A stretch of 64,000 nt of DNA. Source: the human T2T-CHM13v2.0 reference genome, Homo sapiens. The position numbers were made by a program, and so were the translations under genes. Of the stretch, positions 26,356-44,670 are shown piece by piece (position 1 is the first letter of the stretch; every line of letters starts with the position of its first letter). The stretch lies in the NCBI RefSeq assembly GCF_009914755.1, contig NC_060930.1; one strand, 5' to 3'. Below the pieces are notes generated by a model that saw only the letters and a program-made list of their open reading frames with translations, searched no databases and was not told where the DNA came from.

Positions 26356-27223
26356 GGCCCTGAGATAATTTCCTAAAACATAAGGAAAATCAGATATTGA
26401 CTTTTTCTATGTCATATTAAATATCTAATACATTTTAATTAAATTTTAATCCATTAGCAGTTTGTGTTTGGTCTTGTAACAGTACTTGTCTGTATAAAAT
26501 AACAGTCCTGGTATGTTTATACAAGAATATTAGGTTTTGTTTTACACACCTAATTTTGTTTCTTATTTGGGAATAGTTAAAAAGAGAAAATAAGGAAGTA
26601 ATTACTTGAATGGGAATTTTTTTTTTTTTTTGCTAATGTAGCATAGTCTGTTGCTTTTATATATTATATGTATTTGTATTAATTTTATAAACTATTGATT
26701 GTTCCTACTTTAGAAATTCATAGTTGTTAATTCCAGCCTGGCTTGCATGCAGCAGACTGTGGGAATACTTTCTTCACTAGTCTAGGTGCTATAGGCCCAG
26801 GAAATATAAACAGAATTAGCTTTGATAAGACATTTAAGAAGTAAATCTCTACAGATTTTATATTTAAAGATTTGATATGAATGACTTCTGGATTACCTAT
26901 GCCAGTAGTCACTTTCATTACTATGGAATAATGAGAATGTATAAAGTTTATTATGGCTTACTAGTTGATAATGTTTTCGTTAATCAAATGGAAACCTAAA
27001 ATATTAAATGTATAACATAAAATAGGTATAAAATATACCTTATGTATAATGTATAGGGAGTTTATTGAAAACAGTATGCAGATAAATTATATCAAAATTA
27101 GTTCTCAGTAGTCATAGATATTTTTATCATTTGGGGAAGAAAGATTATGTGGGTATGTATTTGAAATTGCTGCTTTTAAATATGCAAATTCAGGATATAA
27201 TTATTCTGTGTTAATACTTCATA

Positions 27224-28125
<902 letters not shown>

Positions 28126-29257
28126 AAACTATTACAAAATCGTGCCTGCTTGTCTCTCATTCAAAGAATAAAACTTACTGAGGAGAAATGATGTTAGCCC
28201 CTAAAACTCAGAACAATTACTTGTATCGTGGGTACATGGATATGTGATATAATTAGATTAGTATCTTGGGAAGCAATTAAACTTTCCCTGTGAGCACCAT
28301 GGCTTTTTAAAGAAATGAATGTGTTCTCCAAGTAGGCAATTTTTATAGATTAAACTTTTTTTCCAGTCATCCTTTGTTTATTGTTTTTGGATTATTTCTT
28401 TGGGAGATGTTGGTAAATTGTTTTCAGTGTGCTCATTGGTGGCAAATCTTCATATCTTGAGAATACATTTAGTATTAGAAAATGGCCACAGGTCATTTGA
28501 GGCCAAATCTGGTGAATAAAATATGTGCTATGATGTTGCACAATGCTGTTCTAGTTGAGAATAAATTTTGTCTTAAGTGATTCTGAAATCAGTTCTTAAA
28601 GAGTTCTGAAAGAGTAGCTGTGATTCTTACACGTTTTTGGTCTCTTCAGAACCTCACAATCCTTACACAATTTTGTTAAGGAATTCGTAACCACTCCCTA
28701 GCCTGATAGTGGAATAAAGGTTTAGGCTTCCAAGGTGACTGCTTTGGGAACAGCCCTCATTTAGATACAGCTGTGTTAGATACAGCTGTGTTATGTTTAG
28801 TTTGCAGCCATGCCTGGTGTGAATGAATATTGTATGTGTTTTTTGGTTAGTTGGAAAAAAAAGTCCATCCAAAGACCATTGACTGAGGCTGTGGTTCATA
28901 AACACTGAAGAGTAATGGTGTTATGTGTACGAAATATTTGTGGACATGCTTACCTAAGTCAGAATAGAGTGTTTAGCCTGGGTGCCCACATTTTCAGAGC
29001 AGTTATTTAAAAATTGCTGAGCTGTTAACATTCTTGATAGTTTCTTTGTATATGTGTTTATAGTTTATTCATTTGGCAAACATTCTCTGAACATGATATA
29101 TGTTACAGAGTAGAGTGCTAAAGAGGTGTAAAGATATGAAATTGAACCAGCCATGGATTCCAGCAGACAAGAAGTTTATTCTTTTTTGGCAAAGGAAAGG
29201 CCTTCATATTCTGTGTTAAATCCTAGAAGTTGTTTTAGGAAATACTTAAGCTCATAA

Positions 29258-29919
<662 letters not shown>

Positions 29920-30080
29920 CCAGCCAGAGTTTTAAAATATGTAACCCTTATTAGAAGCCTTTCTCGTTTTTTTTTGGTGGAAAGAAGGGGGTATATATCC
30001 CACTGCAGTCTATACCACAGGAACATGGTCAGTCTGTTAATTTCAGTGCTGAGTTGGGATTTGAAAGTAAGCTGTTTCTT

Positions 30081-30373
<293 letters not shown>

Positions 30374-30753
30374 AGTAAGCTGTTTCTTCAGTTATAGATA
30401 GCAGTGTCAGCAGAGTGCTACCTGGTCCATTCCTACCTCCTTAATCATAAGTATAAAGTAATTGATCCAGTGGAACCTCAATAGGATATTTTTGGAAATT
30501 CTAGTGGATTCAATGAAAGAATCATCAACTATCTTAGTATAGGGCTGTTAACTTATACTTTCTACACATAACTCTTTAATCTAGCTTTCTTGCTCCTTTA
30601 CTATCACCATGATTATTTACATTTATATAGTGTCTTACAGTTTGTAACATACATTTAGCTCTGCTAATTTTGTATAGCTTGTACCTGAAGATAAAGGAAA
30701 AACAAAATGTTAACTTAGGCCTTACAGAAATTATTTAAAAACATCCTGACATA

Positions 30754-31107
<354 letters not shown>

Positions 31108-31625
31108 TTAAGGTTTCTGACTTAAAATTATATGTGTAAGTAATAAGTATTTACAGTGAAGTGTTTAGTTATATATTGAATAGAACTTTTAAAAAATGTA
31201 ACCCAGGGTTTTCTTGCCAAAATTCTTTATTCTGTAGCCAAAGATGATGTCTGTTGTTAATATCTTAAGGTTCTGAAGTCTACCTGGAATTATAGTGCAA
31301 GTAAATTGTAGTCTGATCATGTGTAGTATCTGTAATGCAAGGTGTGACCATCAGCTTATAGATATAGTTGAATCTTAGCATTATTCTAAGGCTTGGAAGT
31401 TAAACATAGAATTATATACAGAGAAACAAAGCCTTTCATACATTAAAATAGAAACTATTTCTGCTGATCTGTAAAATGTCCTTCTTGTGGATATTTTCAG
31501 ATAATTTTCCAAGCTTTTACTATATATATGTATACATATGTATATATATGTGAATACATATATATGTTTTATGTACTGCAAAACTGTAGTCTCAAGATCA
31601 TTATTTAAAAGTACATCCTTAACAT

Positions 31626-31948
<323 letters not shown>

Positions 31949-32808
31949 ATCCTTAACTTGCCAGTAATTCACTCTTACTTTTCTTCCTGTGGAAATGTGC
32001 TTATGTTAGGTTATTTGCATGAACTGAGATTATTAAGTTCTAATATTTTTCTGCACATTTTGGCCACTATTATTTCATGTAGAAAGTTGAGAGAATTTTA
32101 TTCAAAGCTGCCTTTGTGTGAGGATCTGATAGCATAGAGGTAGTAGAAATAGACATTTTTTAAGGGGTAACTCCCAACAAAATAAAAGCGAAGTACCAGT
32201 TGTGGCAGGGATGACAGTGGTTATTGGATCACCGAGCTGTATTCTTTCTATCAGCTCTCTCCAAGGGACTCAGCTTTCTAGGAGGGGGAGATGGAAATCT
32301 TAAACAGGTTTGATAGCTTCCCTACCTTTTATCTGCCCAGACAACAAAAATAAAACAGCTCACAGTGTTAGGATTTGGGGTGATAAATTAATTTGGAGAT
32401 ATCTAAATGTAAAATGAGATTTCTGGGCACATGGCAGTGCGGTCTGTATGATAAACAACTGGGGTTGAAACAGTAAGTGCATGAACTAGACAGACTCTTT
32501 TTGACCAGACCTTGTGTTATAGGTGAATGAAATTTGGGAATCCTATACTTGGAATTCTGGAATGGCTAGCCTGGGCCAGGAAAAATCACTTTGTAATCTA
32601 AGAAGGAATTGAGTTAAGAAGATTTGTTCATCACACCACATTTCCATGTTGTTGAGGAAAATAGATTGGCAGTGGTGACAAGGTCAAGGATGTGTTGTTC
32701 GAAGTTGTAGAAGATAAGCAGCAATTTAAAGGCGTTACAATACATTTTTAAGAGTGGAAATTGCATTGAAGAGTGGAAGAAAAGTCGACATAAGAGAATT
32801 AGGGCATG

Positions 32809-32910
32809 TTGTTTGCCCAGGCTGGTCTTGAACTCCTGAGCTCAACCAATCCACCTGCCTCGGCCTCCCAAAGTGCTGGGATTACAGGCGTGAGCCACCG
32901 TGGCTGGCCC
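32809..32910 (-). mobile_element. Alu left-monomer fragment lacking a tail
   Basis: gcccaggctggtcttgaactcctg...gtgagccaccg. Confidence 0.85.
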
Positions 32911-35127
32911 TTAATATGTTTTAAAAGGATGTTTAATACTCTTCATTACTGTGTTATGCAATAGTTGCATGATGATTTTTCTGATCTCTACATTCTATTT
33001 TTTTTCTTTTTAAAATGGAGCACAGAAGTACTTAGTTTCTGATGTTTTTCCATCTTGGCCCAGTAATTTCCTTTTTTTTTGTTATTTTATGAAGCACAAA
33101 ACTAAATATTTTTGAACCAAGAGACTACTGTGTGGTATTAATTTTGATTTTGTACTAAATTCATGTTATTTACACAAATCAAATAGTGTCAACCTTAAAA
33201 TTTTTTTAAGCAATATTTTTCTTATGTTTGAGAGTTAACATGTATGGTTGATTAGAATCTTCACCTTCTAAAGGGATTAAGGAAAAACCTCGTTCACTGT
33301 TGTGAATTCTAAAATGTTTTGGTTCCAAGTCCTAGTTTTTCTTACCCTGGTATTATGTCCAAAATGAATGCCCACTAAAAGTTAGTAACTCTCATGGCAA
33401 TTAAAGTATTTTGATAATGTTTATAAGTTCTTGTTCTCAATTTTGCCACTAGTAAAGATGTGGGAGAAGTTAATCTTTTTTTGTTGTCTTTCTTGTGAAC
33501 TTAAAGATCATTTTTCATCCTGTTCAACCTTTGGCCTGACCTTTTCAGGTCACTAAATGTCTGGTTTGCACTTCTTGTAGCATGTGAGAAATAATACTTC
33601 AAAATTCAAGTGTAATTGTATTAATTTTTGTGAATAAACTGCTATGGAGTGCTGAAGTGTGTTAAGATGCCTAGTCTTTTCAGAATTACCGGCATTATGG
33701 TATTGAACTTAAAATATTTTATGTTTATAATATTTTAGAATTTTCATGAGTCAGATAAACATATACCCAGATTTTCAGAAACTTGACATTTGCTTAATTG
33801 CTTAATAATTCACATCAGGCTTAGAGATTTGTGAAATATTTTTGGGATAATTTATTTAGAAATAGCGTGTGTTTAAATATTAATTTTCTTTTTTAAGAAA
33901 ATGGGCAGATGATAAATTACCATGAAAGCTTCATTTAAAAATCTGTTGTTAGTATTGTCTTCTTTAATTTTGGGGAGAAAAAACTTCTGAGATGTTAACA
34001 ATTGAACATGTAGTGTTGGCTCTTTTTGGCCTTCAATTTAAAATTGTCATGTGTTTGGATTAAAGACATGATGTATTTTTAGCTATTGGGCAAGAGATGG
34101 CAATATTGCATTACATGATCACTGCAGTTACACTATTATAAATGAAAGTGAATTTCATGTTACAAATGTTCTTCTAATGCAATTTTTAGGCGTCATTAAA
34201 TTAGTTTACACTTTATTTCTTCTGATTGATTTTTTAAAAAACTTTTTAGCAGTATTTATATAAAAATTGGACAAATTGACCCTTTCAGAGGCAGTATGAC
34301 CCTTTCAGAGGCAGTATGATCTTGTGCAGATACCCGTCTGCAATATGTGTGCTGAACAGATGTGAAAATTATTTAGTCACTGGCTTACTGCTTGACACCT
34401 TCATTGCTCTGTTGCCCTGACTGTGCTTGTCCTAGAATCTGGTTGTTGTCCTCTTTGTCCATAGGAGCATATGAAGGTGGGAGTTTTTGAATTTGAGGAC
34501 AAACATTTGTTACCTTTAATACTACATTGCTTTCATACTCACTAAAAACTAACCTTTGCATAGTATGCAACTTGTATAGCTTATTAATCTTCAAGTCTAT
34601 TAACATATAATATGGTTAAAGAGGCTTAATAATAAAACAGAATGTAGTAAACTACTGCATTTAAAAATTTCCCACCAATTCCTACTTTACCAGCATATGT
34701 TTGATGGTTAAGGGGGAAGTGATTTGAATATCTCAGGATTTGCAGAGACTTTGCTTTTACCTCTTCTTTCATTGTAGCTTGGTCATTCTCAAATTTGAGT
34801 TTCTAAGGACTTTTAAAGTGTTACGTATGCTAATCCATGTATACATTATTTTTATGATTGATTAAGGACTTTTTTGGGAAGAGTTGTGGCTATACATGAT
34901 TTTTACCTAATCTAATCATTTTAGATTCAAACTCCTTGCATAAAATGTAGCTCTGCTTAGCACTGCTGCCATTAGCTTATTTCTGCTGGCTTAGAGTGAC
35001 GTCTCGGCTAGTTCCTGTGTTAAGATAATTTAACTGGTTTACATTTTCTTTTTTATGATGTGTGAGTTCTTTCTGTCTTTCTCATCTTTACCTTTGACAT
35101 GTCAGAGACACTGTTGCTTAGTTATTA

Positions 35128-35451
<324 letters not shown>

Positions 35452-36391
35452 GAACAGACTGTAGCCAGCTCTTAATATTAAGCCAGACTGTAAAACCAAC
35501 TACCACCATTTATTAGCTATATAACTTTGATAATATCTCTGTGTCTTAGCATCCTTATTAAATGAAGATGGCAGTGGTAGTCCTTTCTGAAGATTAAATG
35601 AATCAGTATATGTAAAGTGGTCAACTTTGTATTTTAGTATTATAATAATTATTAGATATGATACCTGGCACAAAGTAGTAATTCAGGTGTTTTTTTGTGT
35701 GCATTAGTGAACAAGTAAAAACAAGTATATTTCTTGAATATAATGTATAGAAGTAATTTTATTCTTTTTATCTTTAAGTTAGAAGAAAAATTAAAGTATA
35801 TTCCAAAGGTTAGATAAATGCAGTGTGTATGGGAATCCCTTGAGTTTTTCAGTAAAATTCTATTTGGGTGGCTGTCAAGTCCAGTCTGCATAGTCTTGAC
35901 ATGTCTTGGATAAGATCCTTATACTATCACTTTTCCTGTCATGGACACTACAAATTATGTTGAATCAGAAATCTAATTTAATCCATTCTTATTCAATTGG
36001 AAGCAGTAATTGCTTTCAATTTAATGGGATTGGATTCAGTATTAGAAATTTTGATGTTCCTTCAAACTTAATACAGTATGGTTATATATATTTCCATTTA
36101 TTTGTGTGTGTTCCTGTGCCCTCGCAGAGAGATGATCTTGGAGTATTACTTGTATTCACTTGAGTTATTTGCAACGGTTGGTAAAGAGGCATATTGTAAG
36201 GGTGGGAATGAGAGTGGCATTCTCTTTGTTTTTTTTTCTTTTCTACCCATGGAATAATGAAGAGAGAAATAATAAGGGCCTTCAAAATGGGATTTCCATC
36301 CACTCAGAAATAAGGAAAGGAAATTTAGAGTCTCTGGAGAAGATCTGGAATGCTATTTACTCTTGAGGGTAGACAGCATCCAGCCCTACTA

Positions 36392-36757
<366 letters not shown>

Positions 36758-37493
36758 TCAATCTTTCCCGGCAAATCATACTTAGAGACAGCTAAGTTTA
36801 TCAATTCTCATGTCCTATACGGTGCTTTTTCTTGAATATACGGTAGACAAGAGGTAAGGCCTAATGGGTGAAGTAACTACATTTCTGAGTTAGTGTCTAA
36901 TTGTTTTTGATCACCTAGTTCCATTTGACAGAAGATGTAGTGCTTATGGCTCATCCCATTGACTCTTTCTCTGCTTTCACTCCTTCAGCAGTGTTTTCAG
37001 TAGCCTTTTTGGTGATCTTATTGACTTGTCTTTTTTCTGATGTTCTTTTTAATTGAATTGCTATATGATATAAGATGGAATGATTGTGTTTTAACCATGA
37101 TCTTCAAGTCTGCTGTGTAAAGAACTAATGATTGCAGTTTGAGTAAAATTCTTAGTAACAAGTGAATCAAAGATAAAGATAGATCATTGAGAATATTTTT
37201 TTTCTCTCCATGAGGAAGTTCATTATTAGCTAGCTTACAAAAATGAAGGAATTGTGAGAGTGTTCTGGAATAAATGTTATGGCTTAATAAAACTATTCAG
37301 AAAATCACTGAACAATACAAAAGTGGAAGACATTGAAAATGGTATATGGACACATCTAAGATCAAAATTAAGCCAGAGAAGCTTTAGGGAGAGTATTTGA
37401 AGCTTATCATTTCCATTTGTAACGGCTTTTTATATTGTGGTGTAAAATCATGTGCAAGCCATAAACAAGGGCTTTTAAAAATATTTTTGTTAA

Positions 37494-37628
37494 TTTTTTT
37501 TTAGTTTTATAGAGATGGTGTCTCACTGTGTTGCCCAGTCTGGTCTTGAACTCCTGACCTCAACTGATCCTCCCATCTCAAATTCCCTAGTCACTGGGAT
37601 TACAGGCATGAGCCACCACACCTAGCCA
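37494..37628 (-). mobile_element. Alu monomer (FLAM-like)
   Basis: Single diverged monomer. Confidence 0.8.
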
Positions 37629-38107
37629 ACGAGGGCTTTTTTTTTTTTTCATTAACATAGAGATATGAAGAATACTATATTGGATTAAAAGTTTTTGCAT
37701 TTGTGAAGTGTAAGCAGCTGTGTGAATGTAGTCAATGTGTATTCTTCATTTAATAAACATAAGTATCTTTTCCTTTCCAAATTATACAAAAAATACTAAA
37801 AGCAATCAAACGATTTTTACAGAATCTTAACTAATATAAAAATTTGTTCATTGCTTATAATACAGAATAATTATATAACTTGGCTCATTATCTAAGCTTA
37901 ATGAATTAATGTTGGAATGTAAAAACGAGCAATTTTAAGCCAGCGATGGCTCAATCATTTTTAACTGAGGGATTTTGGGATCAATTACTAAAATGTTCTG
38001 AGCCTCAGTGTCTTTAAAATGTAATGATGCTCTATTAATCTCATGAAATTGAAGTGAAAACAAATGTGAGGTAATATGTTTTTGGAAATATTTATAAGTT
38101 TAAAAAT

Positions 38108-38228
38108 AGCCTGCTTGGTACTTGTGCCTGTAATGCTAGCTACTCAGGAGGCTGAGACAGGTGAATTACCTGAGGCCAGGAATTTGAGTCTGTCCTGTGC
38201 AACATAGCAAGACCCCATCTCCAAAAAA
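38108..38228 (+). mobile_element. Alu monomer (FLAM-like)
   Basis: Single diverged monomer with short A-tail. Confidence 0.75.
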
Positions 38229-41158
38229 GCTAATATATTTATAAAGCTTAAATGTTATAAAATGATAAACTGATGGTTTTTGAATTCTTTGCTCTACTCA
38301 CCTTTCATCTGTTAAAGATGTTTTTGTACAATTTAGCTCAGTTCCTAAATATACCAAAAGATGGCACTGTTTACCTATGTTTAATATTTTAATTTGCATT
38401 TTTTGATGAAAAAGTGTGTTGAATGTTTTATCTACAAATGTTTTAAATTGAGGTTATTTTTTTACATTTAATTTTCTGTTTTGTAAATGGATCTTTAATT
38501 CATGTAAAGTTTACTAGGACCAGGTTTCATTTTTATTTTGAAATGGTTTGGAAATTCAGATATTTAACAATCATTTTGTAGATATAAACTCCTGTGTGAT
38601 CCATTGTAATTAATGATAAAACCTTGTATTAATGTGACAGCTAATGTTTCATGGAAAACCTAGTTGCTTTTGTATAACAAAAACCATTAAATTTTTTAAG
38701 CCTCTGAAAACAGTCCAGTGATTAAAACATGACAGCCACAAATAAATTATTTATGTGGCTTTTAGGTCACACTGCCCAGGTTTATTCATTTTAGAAAGTT
38801 ATTTTATCTTAAAAGTACCTTTGAAAATGTAGCAAAACCTTTCATTGCTTGAATTTCCTACTCACAGTTGTGTGATGAGAGGAGAATCTAGGTCCAGGTC
38901 CTGCGAAGAGCTTCTCTGGGTGAGAAATGCAAAAATTAGATAATATGAATTTGACTTGAAGTGAGGGTTATTTATATAGCAGGATGTGGTGAATACACTT
39001 CCCATACAGTTAGACGGAAACCTCCTGATTGTTCATTTATACAGCCTATTACATCCAATGTAGTTTATGACCTAGAAAGAGAATACAAGTAGGATATTTT
39101 TTTATCCCATCAAAGCTATCTATATATATATATATTTTTAAATGAACAGCATTTGTCAGTGATTTTTACAGGGGTGAAAAAGCACAAGACAGTTCCATTA
39201 CTATTATAAAATGTTTTACTTTTGTTGTGGGGGTAAGTTTAGAAGTCCAAGATATAATAATTTCAGATGTGCTTCTACTGTTTCCTTTACTTAAAAGTAG
39301 GGACTATTTTGAGGCAATATAATTTGTATGTTTCAGTTTTTATTTCTCTCTGAAAATCACTTTTTAGGGTACCATGCCTTGGAAAGAAAGTTTACATTTT
39401 TTTCCGTTAAAAACCCATCCTCCTAACTCTGAAATGACTGTCTCAGTTACTAAATGTATATAGCTTGGGGGAAGTGAAGGCACAGTTGGCAGTTAGAGGT
39501 TTGTTTTTATGTTCATGGGAGTATATGTGCTTATATTTAAATGTTCACTCTTCTAGCAGGGTTTGTTGATGTTAGTAATATGCTACATATGCGATTTGTC
39601 TGAATTGTTTAAAAATGCATAATTACAGGAGGATTTGATTATTCAGCAACAGTTCCAGTAGCTAAAGACTATCATATAGATATTTTCTTCCAGTATTTGA
39701 CAGTGGTTCTGTGAGCTATGAGTAGCATAAAAAATAAAAAGAAGATACTGTGACTCTTTAATACCCTAGAGGCCGTAGTCTTAGGATATTCTTACTGTAG
39801 AGATGAAAAAACAGGGCTTCATTAACAAACTGAACTGCTATTTCACCTCTTTTAGTAGATGTGTAATTCTGTGGGTTTGGTAAATAACAAAGGCTTTTTT
39901 CCTAAATGATTTAATGCTTTCAGATTTTTGTGGGAAAATTAGAAAAAGCAAAAATGCACTCAGTGATTTTTTTTTTAAACCCCTTTGTTTCTGGACAAAT
40001 GGACAAAGATAGTTAAGTGTCCCAAAAATGGTTTTAACAGGCTTCCCTCTCCAACCCCATACATACCCTGGCTGTCCATAATTCCAATTTTGGGTAGGTA
40101 GTAAAATGTGATATTAGACTACGAGTATTTTCCCTCCAAATAATACTTGTGATTAAAAGAAATGCAATCAAATAGCATTATATATTCGTTATGAAAGAAA
40201 GATCTATCATGCAGATTTTGCCTGGTTCCTTTAGATGCCTTGTAATAATGTGCTAATTTATGCTGATGATCTTGCCTCATGACCCTTCTGTGTGGCCTAG
40301 ATATGTTAATATGTTATAGCTTTTTAATTTCGATCCTCTGTGTTGGTTGAATATGCTTGTTAGTCCATAGTGCCACTCACTAGTCTGTGTCAAGAACTGA
40401 AAAAGAACAAGAAAAATGTATCTCAGAATCAATTTCTTTAAGCATGTATCAGTAATGGAGGAAATTATAAAATATACATAATTTTAATAGGACTTTATGT
40501 CTGAACATTCATTGAAAATGTAAGCACTCTAAGTACTGTAAGCTTTTAATTAGGAAAGAGAGTTGGGTCATTGGTTTTATTAAGCAAGGGCTTATTAACA
40601 TCTTTTGATTTTTTTTCTTGATTTTTGTTTAATATCAGTGAGAAAATATTACAAGAATGAAAACTAGACATCACTGGCAGTTTTTACTTTATTGCATCCA
40701 TTTTTCTGTTCCCTAAACCTTGAGGGTTATGCATCTAAAGATTCCCATGGTAGGAAAATACTGTATGTGGTTCATAAATTCATGACCTTAAGGTAGCAGA
40801 GACCAAGGCCTAAAATAGATGGGAGAACTCAACTGTTTAAAAAAATTTGTTAAAATAAAAATTCCATAGAAGGAAAACAATTTATGTACCTTAAATATAA
40901 TTCATCTTTATTATCTTTCCTCATCTACAGAAGCTTCTCCTTATTACTTATTTGTGTTCTTTCTACAGAGAATATACTAGGAGGGGTATTTTTCCTTATT
41001 TTTAGCTCTTGATCTGAAAGTGTAATGTTCTTTTCGCTTTGTCTTGAAATTGTTGCCTCCCCATTTTTGGGTCTCATCTGGATCTGAAAGACATTGACTG
41101 ACTCAAATATCCGAAAAACTTGGTAACTTTCAAATTGGTATACGTGGCATAATTAAGA

Positions 41159-41238
41159 ATATGTTGGTGCAAAAGTAATCGTGGTCTTTGCCATTGAAAG
41201 TAATGGCAAAGACCACGATTACTTTTGCACCAGCCTGT
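41159..41238. mobile_element. MADE1 (Hsmar1-derived mariner MITE, 80 bp), miR-548-like hairpin
   Basis: TGGTGCAAAAGTAATCGTGGTCTTTGCCATT-gaaagt-AATGGCAAAGACCACGATTACTTTTGCACCA. Confidence 0.95.
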
Positions 41239-41679
41239 ATTTCACAAACGTCTCTGTGCCTGTGATTACTTCTCTCTAAAATGGTTTATGGAGTAGTTGT
41301 TATGATTAATAAATGGTTGATAAATACTAGCTATTATGGTATTAAGCATTAATAAGGAAAATTCACTATTACATGTAAATGTTTTGAGTCCCTGAAATTA
41401 ACTGGCAACTTAATGAAATTTGATTTAAGCACACATTTAGTCCATTTCAATCTATTTAAACGTGTTTCTCTCTTGCACATCTTTTTCTGATGGAGAGCGT
41501 GAGTTAGGAAATGAGCCAAAATAGGATATATAATGGATAGCCTCTTTTGGTAGCCAGTCAGACAGAATGGGGTGATGTCTTCATAGAAGGAATATGGAAT
41601 TAGGAGTTGGAAGATTTGGGGTCTTGCTCCAAAGATCACTTTGATTGTTGGTGAACTTATTTATCTAGTCTCAGCTTTT

Positions 41680-42298
<619 letters not shown>

Positions 42299-42380
42299 TA
42301 TTCTTAGCTTTTAAATTCTCGTCTATGAAATAACGCATTTGACTGTTCCAAAAGTGTGGGGGACAGGTCATCTTCTTTCA

Positions 42381-42897
<517 letters not shown>

Positions 42898-44053
42898 CTA
42901 TTGCAATTATTTATGTATTTGTCTCATTAGACTGATCTTGAGTACAGAGATGGCCCTTTATTCTTGTATTCAAAGTACCTACCACCATATTTGGCTTATA
43001 ATAAGCCTCAGTGTTTGTTGAATGAATTTATATCAATATCCATGCCATTCATGAGAAACAAAACTTATTATATAGAGCATAGAGGTGGTTTCTAATTCGT
43101 GTTGCTCTTATTTTTACTGTTAGATGTAAAACGTTGAATGATTTGTTACCACTTGGCATAATTAAATTTAGCATTTTTCTAGTTTAAGTAGTTCAGTTTT
43201 TGAGACACTTTTATGAGCCTCACTATATTAATGGCCTTATTGGTGCTTTACAGATTTTGTGATTCATGGGCACTGTAAGTATAAATTTCATGCTTACAGC
43301 AATTGAATAAAATAGGCACATTGTTCTTTGTTAGTTTCTTCAGTTGGTTCTTTTAATTTTCCTGTTCTTACTGGTGATTCCTTGAGGCATCTGGCCAGTG
43401 TTGAGTATTTCTTCCTGACTCATCATCCCTTCTGCCACCTGCCAAAGGAATGCTTTTACTTTGGTCAAGAGCATTTCGAGTGAGTTAGATTTCATTATTG
43501 GTGTAGGCTATGGACCACCTGATAAGTCTAAGCATGTCATACTAATTAGCATTGACTGCCAGCCACCATAATGCTTAATTCAGGTGCTATGCTGTTTTAA
43601 TTCTAAAGGTGTTGTGAAGTATGGAAAAATCCTTTACCTGAATATGAAACTAGCTACTAAATTTGGAGTTCTCTCCCTACCCCTGCAGCATTTTCCTTTG
43701 TGTGAAATTTCAGTTGATTATATTCAATTTACTTTTATATAGTCTTTCAGAATCAGTAGAATTTTTTTCCTTAGATATATCTAAGTCACTCCTTTTTGAG
43801 ATGATTTAGAAAAGAGGAAATTGAGGATTGGAAGTTAAAAAGGGAGAAAGATGGCTGGTAGGTAACATGTAGAAGTTTTAACCTTTCATCTCAGGAGAGT
43901 GATTCTTCTGGGCTTTAATACGTGTATCTGAGAGCTGGGAGGAAGCTGTGTTGGAGGGTGTCTGGGACCTGGTGAGACCTCAGAAAATAAGAGTCCATCA
44001 TAAAGTAAGAAAGGCATTGATGGGACTTAAAAATATTTGACTACAGCGAAAGC

Positions 44054-44670
<617 letters not shown>

